DNA from: Octopus sinensis
Lineage: Eukaryota
DNA length: 64,000 nucleotides
Assembly: GCF_006345805.1 (NCBI RefSeq)
Contig: NW_021832565.1
Location: forward strand, 1-64,000
Direction of reading: 5' to 3'
The notes below the pieces were generated by a model that ran no database searches, had not been told where the DNA came from, and was given only the letters and a program-made list of their open reading frames with translations. Shown piece after piece: positions 12,138 through 24,910 of the stretch (position 1 is the stretch's first letter; each line of letters begins with the position of its first letter). A program made the position numbers and the translations under genes.

Positions 12138-14740
12138 CTGAAATTTAGAGACTCGAGAGTAGTGACTACCCGTTCGCCAGATAGGCTTAGCTAAATCCAG
12201 ACTGTTATTATATATATTTGCTATATAAATTTACGGCGTAGTTAACGGAATGCTAATGTGAAAATTACAAAATAATGTGGGCAGTTATAAGCAATATAAA
12301 ACCAAAACTGAAAAATACAATCGTCACTAATTTGTGACTGAGGGTGCTGGGTAGCGCCTATATTGCTAGAAATAAGAGTTCTTTTTAGTTTTATATTCTG
12401 TGTAGCTGCTTATGTTATTTTATACACACATACACGCACACAATCCTCCAAAACTGATAGGAGGCAAATATTCTCAAACTAGAGATCTAGTATGACTGTT
12501 TGTTACCAACACCCAAAACACTAGCTGGCGGTGTTAAACCGGGTAAGAGATTAAGTCGACCACCCAAATCTTTATCAACTTGATAATCTACTGAAGATAT
12601 TCATTCTCTATAGCTTTAGAACATTACTGGAATTGTGTAGATTCTTTCAAGCTGTATTTCCTTAAACATTTGTGCAGACACATTATCATCTTCAACACTG
12701 ATGTCCAATTCCAGTTAAAAAGCTTCTAAAGAGTTCAAAAGACCGTTTTATCCTTTGTGAAAATCTAAACCCGAAGATAACCTGCTACCTTTTAGCTAAC
12801 GCTTTCTGTATCATAATGATCCAAACAGACGACAATGTTGATTAAAGATAACTTTAGATAGGACTTCGGTTTATTGCAGTAAGTTTTCCATGTGAGAAGA
12901 ATTACATTAGAATTATATGCCAACATAATATACAACAATCCCACAGCATTTCTATTTCTTACAGTAATGTATTTTACCAGTTCTACTTTCAATGTGGTAG
13001 AGAGAAAAACCCCAGAGCAGCGTTCGGTGTAATAATTACGAATGCTGTAAATACATATACCCACATATGTGAGGTGAAAAAGATCTTCGCTCATTAAACA
13101 TTATCCAAACAATTAGCACACAAAAATTTCTTCTTTGGATATTAAAAATCTTCACTATAAAAATAAGTGACGGCACCCCATGACCACGTGACTAATAATC
13201 TACAACATTATTGACTAAAAGTGGCTCTCAACTGCAAATTCTGCTCTAATTCTATTCCATATCTCTCGTAGATTGGAAGATATGGTTAAAAAATTAATAT
13301 TTACAATATATAACTTTAAAACCTTTCGTGGAAAGTTGTATGTGGCCAATTCATATGTATTTCATATTATTTTTATATCCGAATGTTACTTCCTAATACT
13401 GAATGTGAAGCGGAGTAATTAATTTTAACCGATGAGATAAAAATATCAAATAATGATTGAATGATAAAGGCAACGACTCTGTGCGCACGCAAGCGTATAT
13501 ATGTGTGTGTGTGTGTGTATGTGTGTGTATACGTATCTGGTTATGAATGTGTCAATGTAACTGGAACAGTCCTATCTTTCACGCATGTATGCGTGCATAT
13601 AATACAAGTTTGTACATATACTGACGCAATAAAGCAGCACAGCACAGAATTGCAAAGATATAAAAACAGATATAAAATAATAATAAAAAAATAAAAGCAA
13701 TTCCAAGTCGGCCATTCTTTAGATGGATCAAAACTGATAACAATATATATACTATAGCGGTTTACGGTATCAAATGACCAGGCGAAAGCCATCAGTTTTT
13801 AAGTTAGCATCACTGAACTAGTTGCTGGAAGTATTCCAAAATCTCAGCAAGATCTTTTAGAGATTTGTTCTTTCGCATCCTTGATTCTACACTAATAAAA
13901 TCTCTAGGTTTCACTGTTTTTCAACGATGTCAACTCTTTTCTTATAAAGTAATGCCTTCTTTTAATTACGTTTCCATTTTTATGCCTATTTGATGTGGGA
14001 ATTTGGAAATAACTCTCTCCGCATTGTAAGTACTGAATTATTTTGTGTGTGTGTGTGTGTTTGTGCGTGCACGAACACAAACGCACTTAAATGCACATAC
14101 GTATACAAACTAGAGGAAAGGCACACATCACGTATCATGGAGTTTAAATATTTATGTTAACAGCTTGACACGTGTCATGGAGTGTGCATGAGTGTGTTTG
14201 TGCGTGTATATGTACATAGGTACATAGATAGAGAATAGAAGCTGCTTATTATAATGATGACTGGTATAAGAAAAAATTAGTGTAATAAAAATCAATGATT
14301 CCTCAACAATTTTTTACGAACTTTTAGCTTGGTGTTGTTATCGAAAATGTTTCATCACAACGTGACCATAAGAATTAACTTCTATACCTATTTATGTGTA
14401 ACAAGCAAGTTATAACATGTGAGATGTAGCAAGTAATAAATTTCTGATGTATTGAAATAAATTGTTCCGTAATTATATAATTGCAACGTTTCGTAATTAC
14501 ATAATTGCAACGAGTTGGAAGAAATCATAAAAGTTCGTGTCGTGAATGATAGTTTTCATCGAAAATCTCTTGTGCAGTCTTAATGGTAGTTTCCCATCGA
14601 GCCGAAGGAAGAAAATAAGGGATACATGGGTCATGAAAAAGAAGTTTCTTAGTAAGTGTGTATGAAAGTTAAGTCTCCGCGGAGTCGCCAACGGTGTCGG
14701 AAGAACTGGCTGTGTGTTTACAAGTATCACTAATACGTAC

Positions 14741-14979
14741 CTGTGTCAAAGCCGAATAAGGTAATTGAAGTTAGAATTAAATGGGTTTATTTAGATACAA
14801 TTCTCTTTCGCGTAAGACGATGGCAGATTTGTCATATAGAGCAAATAGATTGTAGGTGTACATTCCGAAAGCAATGGAAGCAAATGTGCGCAGACCGAGG
14901 AGGTCTTGGTCACCCGTCGAATAATTTTCGTGTGAGAGAATTTGAAAAAAAAAAAAAAGGCCGGAGCAAAATGAAATAC
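14741..14979 (-). other. Candidate non-coding (5' UTR-like) exon
   Basis: Minus strand cactttcag|GTATTTC...GACACAG|gtacgt; no convincing ORF. Confidence 0.3.
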
Positions 14980-15300
14980 CTGAAAGTGATCATAAAAGGT
15001 TTTTTTTAAAAGAAAAGCAAATCGGAATATCGAAGTGAGCGTAAAAACAAAGTATAAAACACTTAAAGTGAAAGCCTCATAGATGGATATGTTTTGGTGA
15101 GAAGTAAAAGCCAGGTAAATGAACCTTACGTGTAGGGCATAACATAACCAGCATCAAATTTGTATAAAATTACTGTCACAGTATATGTGCAAGCTTTATG
15201 CTAATCCTATGTTCAAACTCTCATTTCCTTTGTTTACCAGGGATTCGAAACCTCAACCGGCAGATAATCGTTCAGGCACCACAAGTAAACCACCATTGCT

Positions 15301-15401
15301 TCACGTGATTGGTCTATTAAGTGAAGAATCAGCGTGCAACCAATCGACGTGACATAGTTTTCTCAACCTTTCGAGAATTTGGCTTCCGGTCTCCTATAAA
15401 A
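15301..15401. promoter_or_regulatory. Promoter-like motif cluster
   Basis: tcacgtgattgg (15301-15312), ccaatcgacgtga (15340-15352), ETS-like cttccgg (15383-15389), TATAAAA (15395-15401). Two more CCAAT boxes at 16072-16086. Confidence 0.45.
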
Positions 15402-16416
15402 ATCGTTTGGAGCACACTTTAGAGCGCAGCCCGCCAAGGACCTCTGTCTCCACGGATATCTGTGCAGTTGACTTCGTATAGTTTTGGGCCGACTGCATGT
15501 TTCCACGCATATAGCCTTCTGTAATTTTAGAGCAGTTGTCTATTTCCCAGTCAGTAATTATTAATGTTAATTATAAATAGCCAACACCAAATATCTTTAT
15601 GTCCAGCAATAAATGTTCTCATGCTTGCTTCAGTTATTATTCATGCAGACAGCGAAATATATCTTAATTTACCAGCTCCACACAGTATCAACAAGTAACC
15701 ATTGCGACAGTTGTAAGTATTAAAAAGCAAAACTTCAGAATATGTGACCTCTGTGAGAAAAGAATCGGTCACTAAGTCCAGTCTTATATAAAAGCACATG
15801 TATATATGCACATGCGTATGCGTGTGTACGAATTTGCGTGCATGTTGAGCCAATTGCGAGAGATTTTGGAGTCTGTTACATTGGTTTTCGAACATTATTT
15901 CAGGTCTCTGCGCTTTAGGTTCAAACCCACCGTTCATCTTTTTGGAATCGATAAGTAACAGTCTAGTACTGCAATCGATCCTTCTTTCTTTGCCTCTTCG
16001 CTTTCTTTCTCTCTTCCTCTCTCTCTCTCTCTCCCTCTCCCTCCCTCTCCCTCTCTCTGTTTCTAAGAGACATTGGCTGTGATTGGATCTGTTCTTAAAT
16101 CTGCCTATGACAAGCTGAATGTGAGGACCGCATTCATACGATTCCAGATGCAGCACCAGCCAATATTTTCTAGAACGAGAGACAGACAGTCAGATACACG
16201 GACAGAAAGAAGGGAGAGATGAAGAGGAGGTTAATCGACTCTGCTTTAGGATTGATACTTTACAAATTCCGAAAAGCAAAATTTGAAGCCAAAACGGATC
16301 AACCCGAAACGATTACTGCAAAGCAAACAACTCTACATATTGACCACCTCTATCTCTCTCTATATATATATATTTATATGTATTATGTATCTATCTATCT
16401 TTATATACACGTACAT

Positions 16417-16532
<116 letters not shown>

Positions 16533-16609
16533 TAAATATAAATATATGCATATATATACATACACACATATATATATATACATATACATATATCTATACA
16601 CACACACAT

Positions 16610-16662
<53 letters not shown>

Positions 16663-16699
16663 ATATATAATATATATATATATAATATATATATATATA

Positions 16700-16918
16700 T
16701 ATAAAGGGAAAGTTTACGAAAATGAACAAAAGACGAAGGCAGGTGGAGTACAAACAAATGTATTAGTATAGCGCTCAGATAAAATAGAAAAGTCTTTTAC
16801 GTTTCGAACCTACGCTCTTCGACAGAAAGATACACAGAAAAAAAGAGAGAAACAAGGAGAGAAAAAAATGCATGTAGGAGCTAACGATCTATCATGGCGT
16901 CCTGACTTTGGATAGTGG
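16700..16918 (-). mobile_element. Short Penelope-like element end with hammerhead-like motif (16794-16829)
   Basis: Same family as 320-512; minus strand cttt-ctgtcga-a-gagc-gtag-gttc-gaaac-gta-aaag. Confidence 0.65.
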
Positions 16919-16939
16919 TCATATATATATATATATTTA

Positions 16940-17597
16940 TTTGGGCCGATCTTGGACTTTCCGGCATGACAACGACTCGAAATACAACTTGCACCTAACC
17001 AGAGATTACATTAGGTCTAAGAGAGTTCGGTTGATGCAGTGACCGACACAGTCGCCCGACCTAAATCCCATCGAAAATCTTTGGGAAAGGTTGGGCAGAG
17101 CTTTCAAAGTAGTAAGCCAAAGAATAAGGTTAATTTTTTTAACATTATTTGCCAAAATTGGGAAAATATCTGAGGAACAGTGATAAATGATCTGAACCAT
17201 TCTGTTTCGCAGAGGATATTGAAAATCTGTGGGCCTTTAAAGCCTAGGCTTTGCAATATCTTGTCCTATATCGTGATGGCAAATTTGGAGTCTTTGACAC
17301 TATGCAGTGTATTAAGAAATTTTGAATACCCAACCAAATTCTGATTATGTGAGCTTATCATTGTTTTTTGTTGATCACTGAATAACAAATCGTTCTTAAG
17401 TCAAATGGTGCTATAATTACGATAATTAAGATTTATTATAGTTTAAAATTAATATGCTGACATTACGCTGTAAATTCGCATACCACATTAAAGCTCGTGA
17501 ATTTTTGATATACATCTTATTCACAATTTACAACATGAATATATAAAAAAATGCCATTTTAACATTAGTATAGTAGCATTCTTAAATTAAATGTCGC

Positions 17598-17600
<3 letters not shown>
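16940..17600 (+). mobile_element. Tc1 (DD34E) transposase 3' remnant
   Basis: FRHDNDSKY..Q*PTQSPDLNPIENLWERL; D at 16968 and E at 17073 are 34 residues apart. Right boundary approximate. Confidence 0.88.
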
Positions 17601-17662
<62 letters not shown>

Positions 17663-18574
17663 TTATATATGTGTGTGTCTGTGTGTGTGTTTGTTTGTAC
17701 TGTTCTTATTGTGTATTTTTAGAATTTTGTTCTGTACTTATCTCTCGCGTGTTTACGCACTCTTCACCCGTTGGTGATGTCCTGTACTTGATGTATTTTA
17801 TATTTATTTATTCATAATCGAACGCCACGCAGCCTTGTCCACAGAAAGTTTTTACTTTTACTTATAATTCCTGCGACTCCACTCTCTGTTCCCTTTCTTT
17901 CTCTCTGTACCCTGTCTATCTTTCTTCCACTCCCTACTATCTCTTGTTCCTTCTCCCTCATCCTCTCTCTTGTCCCCCTTCTCCCCTGCCTGTTTGCTCC
18001 CGCGTGACTATAGGCCATTTTCTCACCTCTGTCTTTTCTGGACGCGTCATCCATCTAGATAGACGTCGTTTTTCTCGCCTCCCGACATTTTCTCTTTTTT
18101 TTCCTCTTTTACTATTTACTTCTCCTCTATTTATTCTATACCCTTTCCAAATTTTTTCCAGGTGTTACCCACTACAATGCATCTTGGCCTAACGCCCTTA
18201 ATATTTGTCTTCGTCTATGGTTTACTCTGTACATCCACTCTGCCATTGTTTGTTCGTTCGAAGCTATAACTCACCACAAATTTTATATTTTAAAAATTCT
18301 GGATGCTACTGTTTTATGAAGGTTTCCTATCTAGTCGTTGAAGGCTCGAAATAGGGAGTAATTAGTAGTCGAGAAATGAGGAGCGGTTAGACTTCTTTTG
18401 TTATTTTGTCCCATACTTGTCTCTCATTATGTGCTTACGTATTTTCATTCGATGGTGATGTCCTGTTCTGATAGTGTATTTTTTTATTATTTTGTCCTGT
18501 GCTTGTCTCTCATGTGTTTACGCATTTTTCACTCCTTGGTAATGTCCTGTACTTGATTATTTTAAATATATAGA

Positions 18575-18616
<42 letters not shown>

Positions 18617-18753
18617 CTTTTTTTCTATCTATGTGTGTGTGTGTTTCAGGAAAGAAATATGATTAAAAAACAAATTTGTTTTACAAGTCTATATAATATA
18701 TTAGAATTGTCATAGCAAATGTATTATACAGTATTATATATGCTTCTCTACAC

Positions 18754-18925
18754 TAGGCACAAGACCCAAAATTTTGGGGGAGGGAGCCAGTCGATTAGAT
18801 CGACCCCAGTACGCGCCTGGTACTTATTTTGTCGACCCTGAAAGGCAAATTCGACCTCAGCGGAATTTGAACTCAGAACGGAAAGACAGGCGAAATAGCG
18901 CTAAGCATCTGTCAGCTCGCCGCCT
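18754..18925 (-). mobile_element. Nin/Deu-domain-like SINE (family C)
   Basis: Minus strand gagttcaaattccgctgaggtcga...gggtcgacaaaataagtaccagg, matching 27161-27390 and 33027-33252. Confidence 0.8.
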
Positions 18926-19048
18926 TATACAGTGTTATATATTAACGATTCTAATATATTCTTTAGTCTTGTAAAACAAATCTTCTGTGGTTTTCATCTT
19001 TCCTTGTATATTCAACCACGTGTAATCACCAACCTTACTTTCTCTTTA

Positions 19049-19087
<39 letters not shown>

Positions 19088-19088
19088 A

Positions 19089-19136
<48 letters not shown>

Positions 19137-19141
19137 ATATG

Positions 19142-19195
<54 letters not shown>

Positions 19196-19374
19196 GTATG
19201 TATGTGTATATGTTATATATAGTATATATATATATATATATATATATTACGGAGATGAACTTGCATAGCGAGTGACTTGATCTGAGATCATGTGCTGGAA
19301 CGAAAACAATTGAGACCGCGACCTGTTCACTGGCAAAGCTTCGTGCTGCATCTGAGAAAGTAAGTTAGTTCATG

Positions 19375-19409
<35 letters not shown>

Positions 19410-19658
19410 TGTATGTATGTATGTATGTATGTATGTGCGTATGTATGTATGTGCATATGTATGTATGCGTGTACATGTATGTGCGCATGCATGTGTGCAT
19501 GCCTATACGCATGTATGTACCTATGTACTTACGTATGTATGTGAGTATTTAGGAGAGTGTGTAGACGTGTCTGTGTGTTTGTACATGTGTATGTATATGT
19601 GAAAGTATGTTTGTGTAATGATATGTGTCAGTTCAACTTGAACTGACAGAATTATATA

Positions 19659-19723
<65 letters not shown>

Positions 19724-19724
<1 letters not shown>

Positions 19725-20302
19725 TGGAGGCGCAATGGACTCGTGGTCGTAGGATCGCGGTTTCGATTTCCAGACCGGGCGTTGTGAGTGTTTATTGAGC
19801 GAAAACACCTAAAAGCTCCACGACGCTCCGGCAAGGGGTGGTGATCCCTGCTGTACTCTTTCATCACTCTTTTTCCCACTCTTTCTTCTGTTGGCCTGCT
19901 CGCTTAGCCAGCGGGGTGGTGTCATTCAGAGGCTAAAACAATGCGAACGCATTGAGACCAGCAATGTGTAACATTTGATGGTCTGGTCGGTCACGTGATC
20001 CCGTGATATATATATATATATACGTGGAGGCGCAATAGACTCGTGGTCGTAGGATCGCGGTTTCGATTTCCAGACCGGGCGTTGTGAGTGTTTATTGAGC
20101 GAAAACACCTAAAAGCTCCACGACGCTCCGGCAGGGGGTGGTGATCCCTGCTGTACTCTTTCATCACTCTTTTTCCCACTCTTTCTTCTGTTGGCCTGCT
20201 CGCTTAGCCAGCGGGGTGGCGTCATTCAAAGGCTAAAACAATGCGAACGCATTGTGACCAGCGATGTGTAACAAAATATGATGGTCTGGTCGGTCACGTG
20301 AT
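19724..20302 (+). mobile_element. Two tandem tRNA-headed SINE copies (19724-19999, 20024-20302) with a cacgtgat-ending tail
   Basis: 300-bp period, near-identical. Head gtggaggcgcaatgg...tttcgatttccagaccgggcgttg is shared with 23510. Confidence 0.9.
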
Positions 20303-20311
20303 ATATATATA

Positions 20312-20419
20312 CACGAGGGTGTATGAAAAGTTTTGAGCTTTCAAGTCTTGTATCTTCATCAGAAGTCTTGTAGCATGTTTTTTTTTTGAGGCTCAAGACT
20401 TTTCATACACCCCCTCGTG
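20312..20419. mobile_element. 108-bp mariner-type MITE
   Basis: TIRs cacgagggtgtatgaaaagttttgagc / gctcaagacttttcatacaccccctcgtg, with TA on both flanks. Confidence 0.85.
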
Positions 20420-20473
<54 letters not shown>

Positions 20474-20474
20474 T

Positions 20475-20539
<65 letters not shown>

Positions 20540-22728
20540 AAGGGAGAGAGAAAGAGCAAGAGAGAGAGAGAGATCCATACTTTTAGCTACAACTGGACTG
20601 CCAGAAAACATGTAACTGTCTCCTAACAAAGTCCATGTATTCTGAAGTTACTTTTTCTATTCTATTTCATGTTTTATTGGTTTGGTTTTTTTGTGGGGAG
20701 GGGGATGAGTCTTCTGAAGAGACTTTGATCTTGCGCCGCCTAAAAATCCTTTGGTCTTACCATTGATTCTTTTGCTTCTCAAGAAGAGCTGAGATTTACT
20801 TTATCCACTGCTGCTTTGTTAAGTCTTATCAGATTTTAGCCACGTAAGAGCTTTTCGGACATCGTCTTAGGAGAACATTTTGTAATCCCATTTTTAGTTT
20901 AGTGTTTATATATATTTTTTGTGCATGTTTTTTTTATATATACATATAGTTTCTGTTGTTGTTTCTTCATCGTTCCCACTGATGTCTTTTACTTCAACTT
21001 CTTTTTTATTTGTTTGTTTGGGGAAGACTATAAAGGGATTTAGAACTGTTTTATATATTTATTTCTATTAGTTGCCGTTTATTTTTTGCAAGATTTTGCG
21101 CTAGATATTTTATAATATTCAGTTTTAAAGGAACCTCTACCTTTGTGGTGAGCAGTAAATACAGTATTTCCGTATTGGATTTTCCTTTTTACTTTTTGTT
21201 TGTTTGTCGATACCGAATATTTCTCAATTTATTCCTGACATGTTTGTTATTAATGGTGTTACTTTACGACTGGTTAATGTTTCCTAGATCCATACTAGAA
21301 AACGCTATCAAAAGCCTTCTAAGCAATCAATCTCTCCCATGATCAGTCCCCTATTTATTTTTCGATTTTGGATTTAGTTTTGTTGCTCAGTAATTGATCT
21401 TTACAATTATATGAGTTTTGTGCTATTCCTTCAGCTCTTCTGGGTGTACATGAGTTTTTTTTCTTTCCTTTATATGTTCAGCTTTTACTATCTGCGATAT
21501 TATTGCGCTTACAACGTTGTATACCGTAAGCAGATAGCTTTAGATGCTTGCTGTTTATTTGAATCTTGTGAATTAATTTTTTTTTTCCCACGACAAATTC
21601 TAAAGGCTTATATTTTGCGTATTTCAGTAGATCATTAAATATTTTGGCCAGTACTCTGTGTGCGCGGCTTAACTATTTTAACCAGAATTTTAGAACTTTA
21701 TTACTTCCTGATATGGGTATTCGCTGGATATATCAGGCCATCTTAACCAAAGTAATTAAAGGTTTGGTAGGCCATACATGAACTAGTATGACGTGAAATT
21801 GCCTTACTCCTTAGGGCTTTAATATCAGATTTCAGCTAAAAATGAGAAAATACTTTCTATACCCGTTGTGACAGAACGGCTTTTTTTATATTTGAATCCA
21901 GATACTTATGCTTTTCAAATGCTGTTGGTTATACTTCTGTATAGAGACGAAATTTTAATGGAGGATATTTGCTAGGTTTTGTAGTGAATATTTCACCTTT
22001 ATTTTCAATGGTTGTTGATGGTGCTGATATATATGAGAAGAAGCAATTATCATCTAGTGTACAATCTTTTTCAGACAGTTTTTCTAAATCAGTGACAGTG
22101 GTTGCTGTGAAAAACGTTAAATATTATTTGCAAGGGGGACTCCTTCATCGAAAACCGGTGCTTACCATGCGTTGACGAGAGGCAATTACCTTGAAACTAT
22201 AGTTCGTATGTAGTACTTAGGTTTTCGAGGGAGGATGACCTCCCTTTGCAAATAACACAAGGGCACTGAGATTGTGTCTAAAGTCCATCTGGTGACGTTG
22301 ATCGCCTGGGGCTAAAAGCATCAGTAACACCCCACCCCCAGTGGCTAGCCACATTCAGATGGCTAGTACACCTTACGTTAAATTTGATATTATTTGAGAG
22401 GTATTCATTGGGTTAGTAACACAAAGTAACTTACGTCCTATTTCTGTGGCCGATGTAGTATTTGAATTAAATCAAGAAAAACTCCTTGACCAAGAATGTG
22501 AAGGTTACTCTAAAATAACAGGAAAGGGAAGCAGAGTGCAAGTTTTAAAAAAAATGGAGCATATATACAAAAATTGGATCTATTGATAGCGCTGCGCATA
22601 AATGTTATGAATGACCTTAATGCAATACTTGAAGTTGAATTAGTGTAGTGAAAGGTACCAATTTCTTTCTTTTTAAGTTTTTGTCAGTGAGCAAAAGAAA
22701 TGTCTTCTTCCAAGTGTATTAAATATAT

Positions 22729-23111
22729 GGAAGCACTCCGTCGGTCACGACGATGAGGGTTCCGGTTGATCCGAATCAACGGAACAGCCTGCTCGTGAAA
22801 TTAACGTGTAAGGGGCTGAGCACTCCATAGACACGTGCACCCTTAACGCAGTTCTCGGGGATATTCAGCGTGACACAGAGAGTGACAAGGCCGACCCCTT
22901 GAAATACAGGTACAACAGAAACAGGAAGTAAGAGTGAGAGAAAGTTGTGGCGAAAGAGTACAGCAGGGATCCCCACCATCCCCTGCCGGAGCCTCGTGGA
23001 GCTTTTAGGTGTTTTCGCTCAATAAACACACACAACGCCCGGTCTGGGAATCGAAACCGCGATCCTATGACCGCGAGTCCGCTGCCCTAACCACTGGGCC
23101 ATTGCGCCTCC
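22729..23111 (-). mobile_element. Full-length tRNA(Arg-like)-headed SINE (family D)
   Basis: A/B boxes, TCG at the anticodon position, 11-bp TSD attaaatatat (22718-22728 / 23112-23122). Confidence 0.92.
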
Positions 23112-23509
23112 ATTAAATATATACAAAGAGTTGGACAGGAAAATAATAAAAGAATATTCAAGATTTTCCATTGACTTTGAAAATGATTTTGATTAGTGAA
23201 ATATAGTCTCTACAGCTTCGGGTGAAACGCACCAACAAGCTCACCAGTTGAAGCCTGTTTCTAGTACAAGAACGTTTCTCGTTAGTCTGAATATAATTTC
23301 ATTCTATTCAGCACAACTGGAATCTTTAAAAATAAGTTCTTCAAGCTGTTTCCATGTGATGTAATCAAACTGTATTATCATGTCCAGGAGCTCGTGATTT
23401 CTATAGACAAAGACAAAAGTAAAAAATAATTCAAATAAATTTTTTTTCGAAAGTCAAACAATTATCAGGGAAATTAGACATATACTGACCTGATAATTTA
23501 CAGAAAGCA

Positions 23510-23916
23510 GTGGAGGCGCAATGGCCCAGTGGCCCAGTGGTTAGGGCAGCGGACTCACGGTCATAGGATCGCGGTTTCGATTCCCAGACCGGGCGTTGTG
23601 AGTGTTTATTGAGCGAAAACACCTAAAGCTCCACGAGGCTCCGACAGGGGATGGTGGTGATCCCTGCTGTACTCTTTCGCCACAACTTTCTCTCACTCTT
23701 ACTTCCTGTTTCTGTTGTACCTGTATTTCAAAGGGCTGGCCTTGTCACTCTCTGTGTCACGCTGAATATCCCCGAGAACTACGTTAAGGGTACACGTGTC
23801 TGTGGTGTGCTCAGCCACTTACACGTTAATTTCACGAGCAGGCTGTTCCGTCGATTCGGATCAACCGGAACCCTCGTCGTCGTAACCGACGGAGTGCTTT
23901 TTTTTTTTTTTTTTTT
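23510..23916 (+). mobile_element. Full-length family D SINE with sense-strand T-run tail
   Basis: 13-bp TSD tttacagaaagca (23497-23509 / 23917-23929); T22 run at 23898-23919. Confidence 0.92.
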
Positions 23917-24194
23917 TTTACAGAAAGCATAATCTACAGATATTGTGTTCTGATACTGGTGGCTTAACTGTAGTAGAATTTCGTCGTAGATCAGTTTTCT
24001 TTTCTTTTTTTTTTTTGTGCCATTTTAACACACCATTATATCATCCTTGGAGAGCAGTTTTTTGCTGTAAATAAGAAAATTTTTAGCCTCTTTTTTTACA
24101 TTTATTACAAACGGTGATGCTAACAAAACACGAGTCCATGAAGGTCAGCAATGGTAGATCAAGGTTTATCTGAACTGTGCATGATAAGTGTTCT

Positions 24195-24485
24195 CTTTAC
24201 TCTTTACTCTTTTACTTGTTTCAGTCATTTGACTGCGGCCATGCTGGAGCACCGCCTTTAGTCGAGCAAATCGACCCCGGGATTTATTCTTTTGTAAGCC
24301 CAGTACTTATATATATATATACGACAGGCTTCTTTCAGTTTCCGTCTACCAAATCCACTCACAAGGCATTGGTCGGCCGGGGCTATAGCAGAAGACACTT
24401 GCCCAAGATGCTACGCAGTGGGACTGAACCCGGAACCATGTGGTTGGTTAGCAAGCTACTTACCACACAGCCACTCCTGCGCCTA
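24195..24485 (-). mobile_element. tRNA-derived SINE family A, internally deleted
   Basis: Head caggagtggctgtgtggtaagtagcttgc and tail ggcggtgctccagcatggccgcagtcaaatgactgaaacaagtaaaagag on the minus strand. Confidence 0.9.
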
Positions 24486-24681
24486 TTCACCATATTTTTT
24501 ATTAACAATTGGTAGTACATGTACTCAATTCGAGAAATTGATAAGCGGACAGGTTTCTGGAGTACTCGAATCCATGCTAATCTTTTAATTATATCACGTT
24601 TTAGTTATTATATGTTTTAAAGTACTCCTTATTTCCGTGTAAATATATATATACTTTTGATATCATAATACATCCAGTCAT

Positions 24682-24910
24682 TATTTACATTATTTACATT
24701 TGACGGATATTTGTCCTCATCTTGTTTGTTAACACAACGTTTCGGCTGATATACTCTCCAGCCTTCATCAGGTGTCTTGGGAAAATTTCGGACCTGGGTT
24801 CTCATTTCTAAGGTATTTTTCGATGTTGTTGTTGTTGTTGTTGTTATTTAGGTCACTGCCTGGAATCGAACTCGGAATCTTGGGGTTAGTAGCCCGCGCT
24901 CTTACCACTA
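24682..24910 (-). mobile_element. tRNA-headed short element carrying a hammerhead ribozyme motif
   Basis: 5'-truncated tRNA-like head with B box gagttcgattcca (24861-24873), (AAC)n linker, hammerhead, (TGTAAATAA)2 end. 12-bp direct repeat acatccagtcat at 24670-24681 / 24924-24935. Confidence 0.75.
24731..24776 (-). ncRNA. Minimal type I hammerhead ribozyme motif
   Basis: GACAC-CUGAUGA-A-GGCUG-(10 nt)-CAGCC-GAAAC-GUU-GUGUU: intact core, 5-bp stem II, 5-bp stem I, minimal stem III. Activity untested. Confidence 0.7.

Noticed and set aside
11979-12378. Diverged ~58-bp direct repeat (11979 / 12320)
   Set aside because: Short and degenerate, with no element ends; probably an old local duplication.
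23510-23590. tRNA genes at SINE heads (also 24851-24910, 30471, 61684)
   Set aside because: They lack a complete cloverleaf and run into repeat bodies with TSDs.
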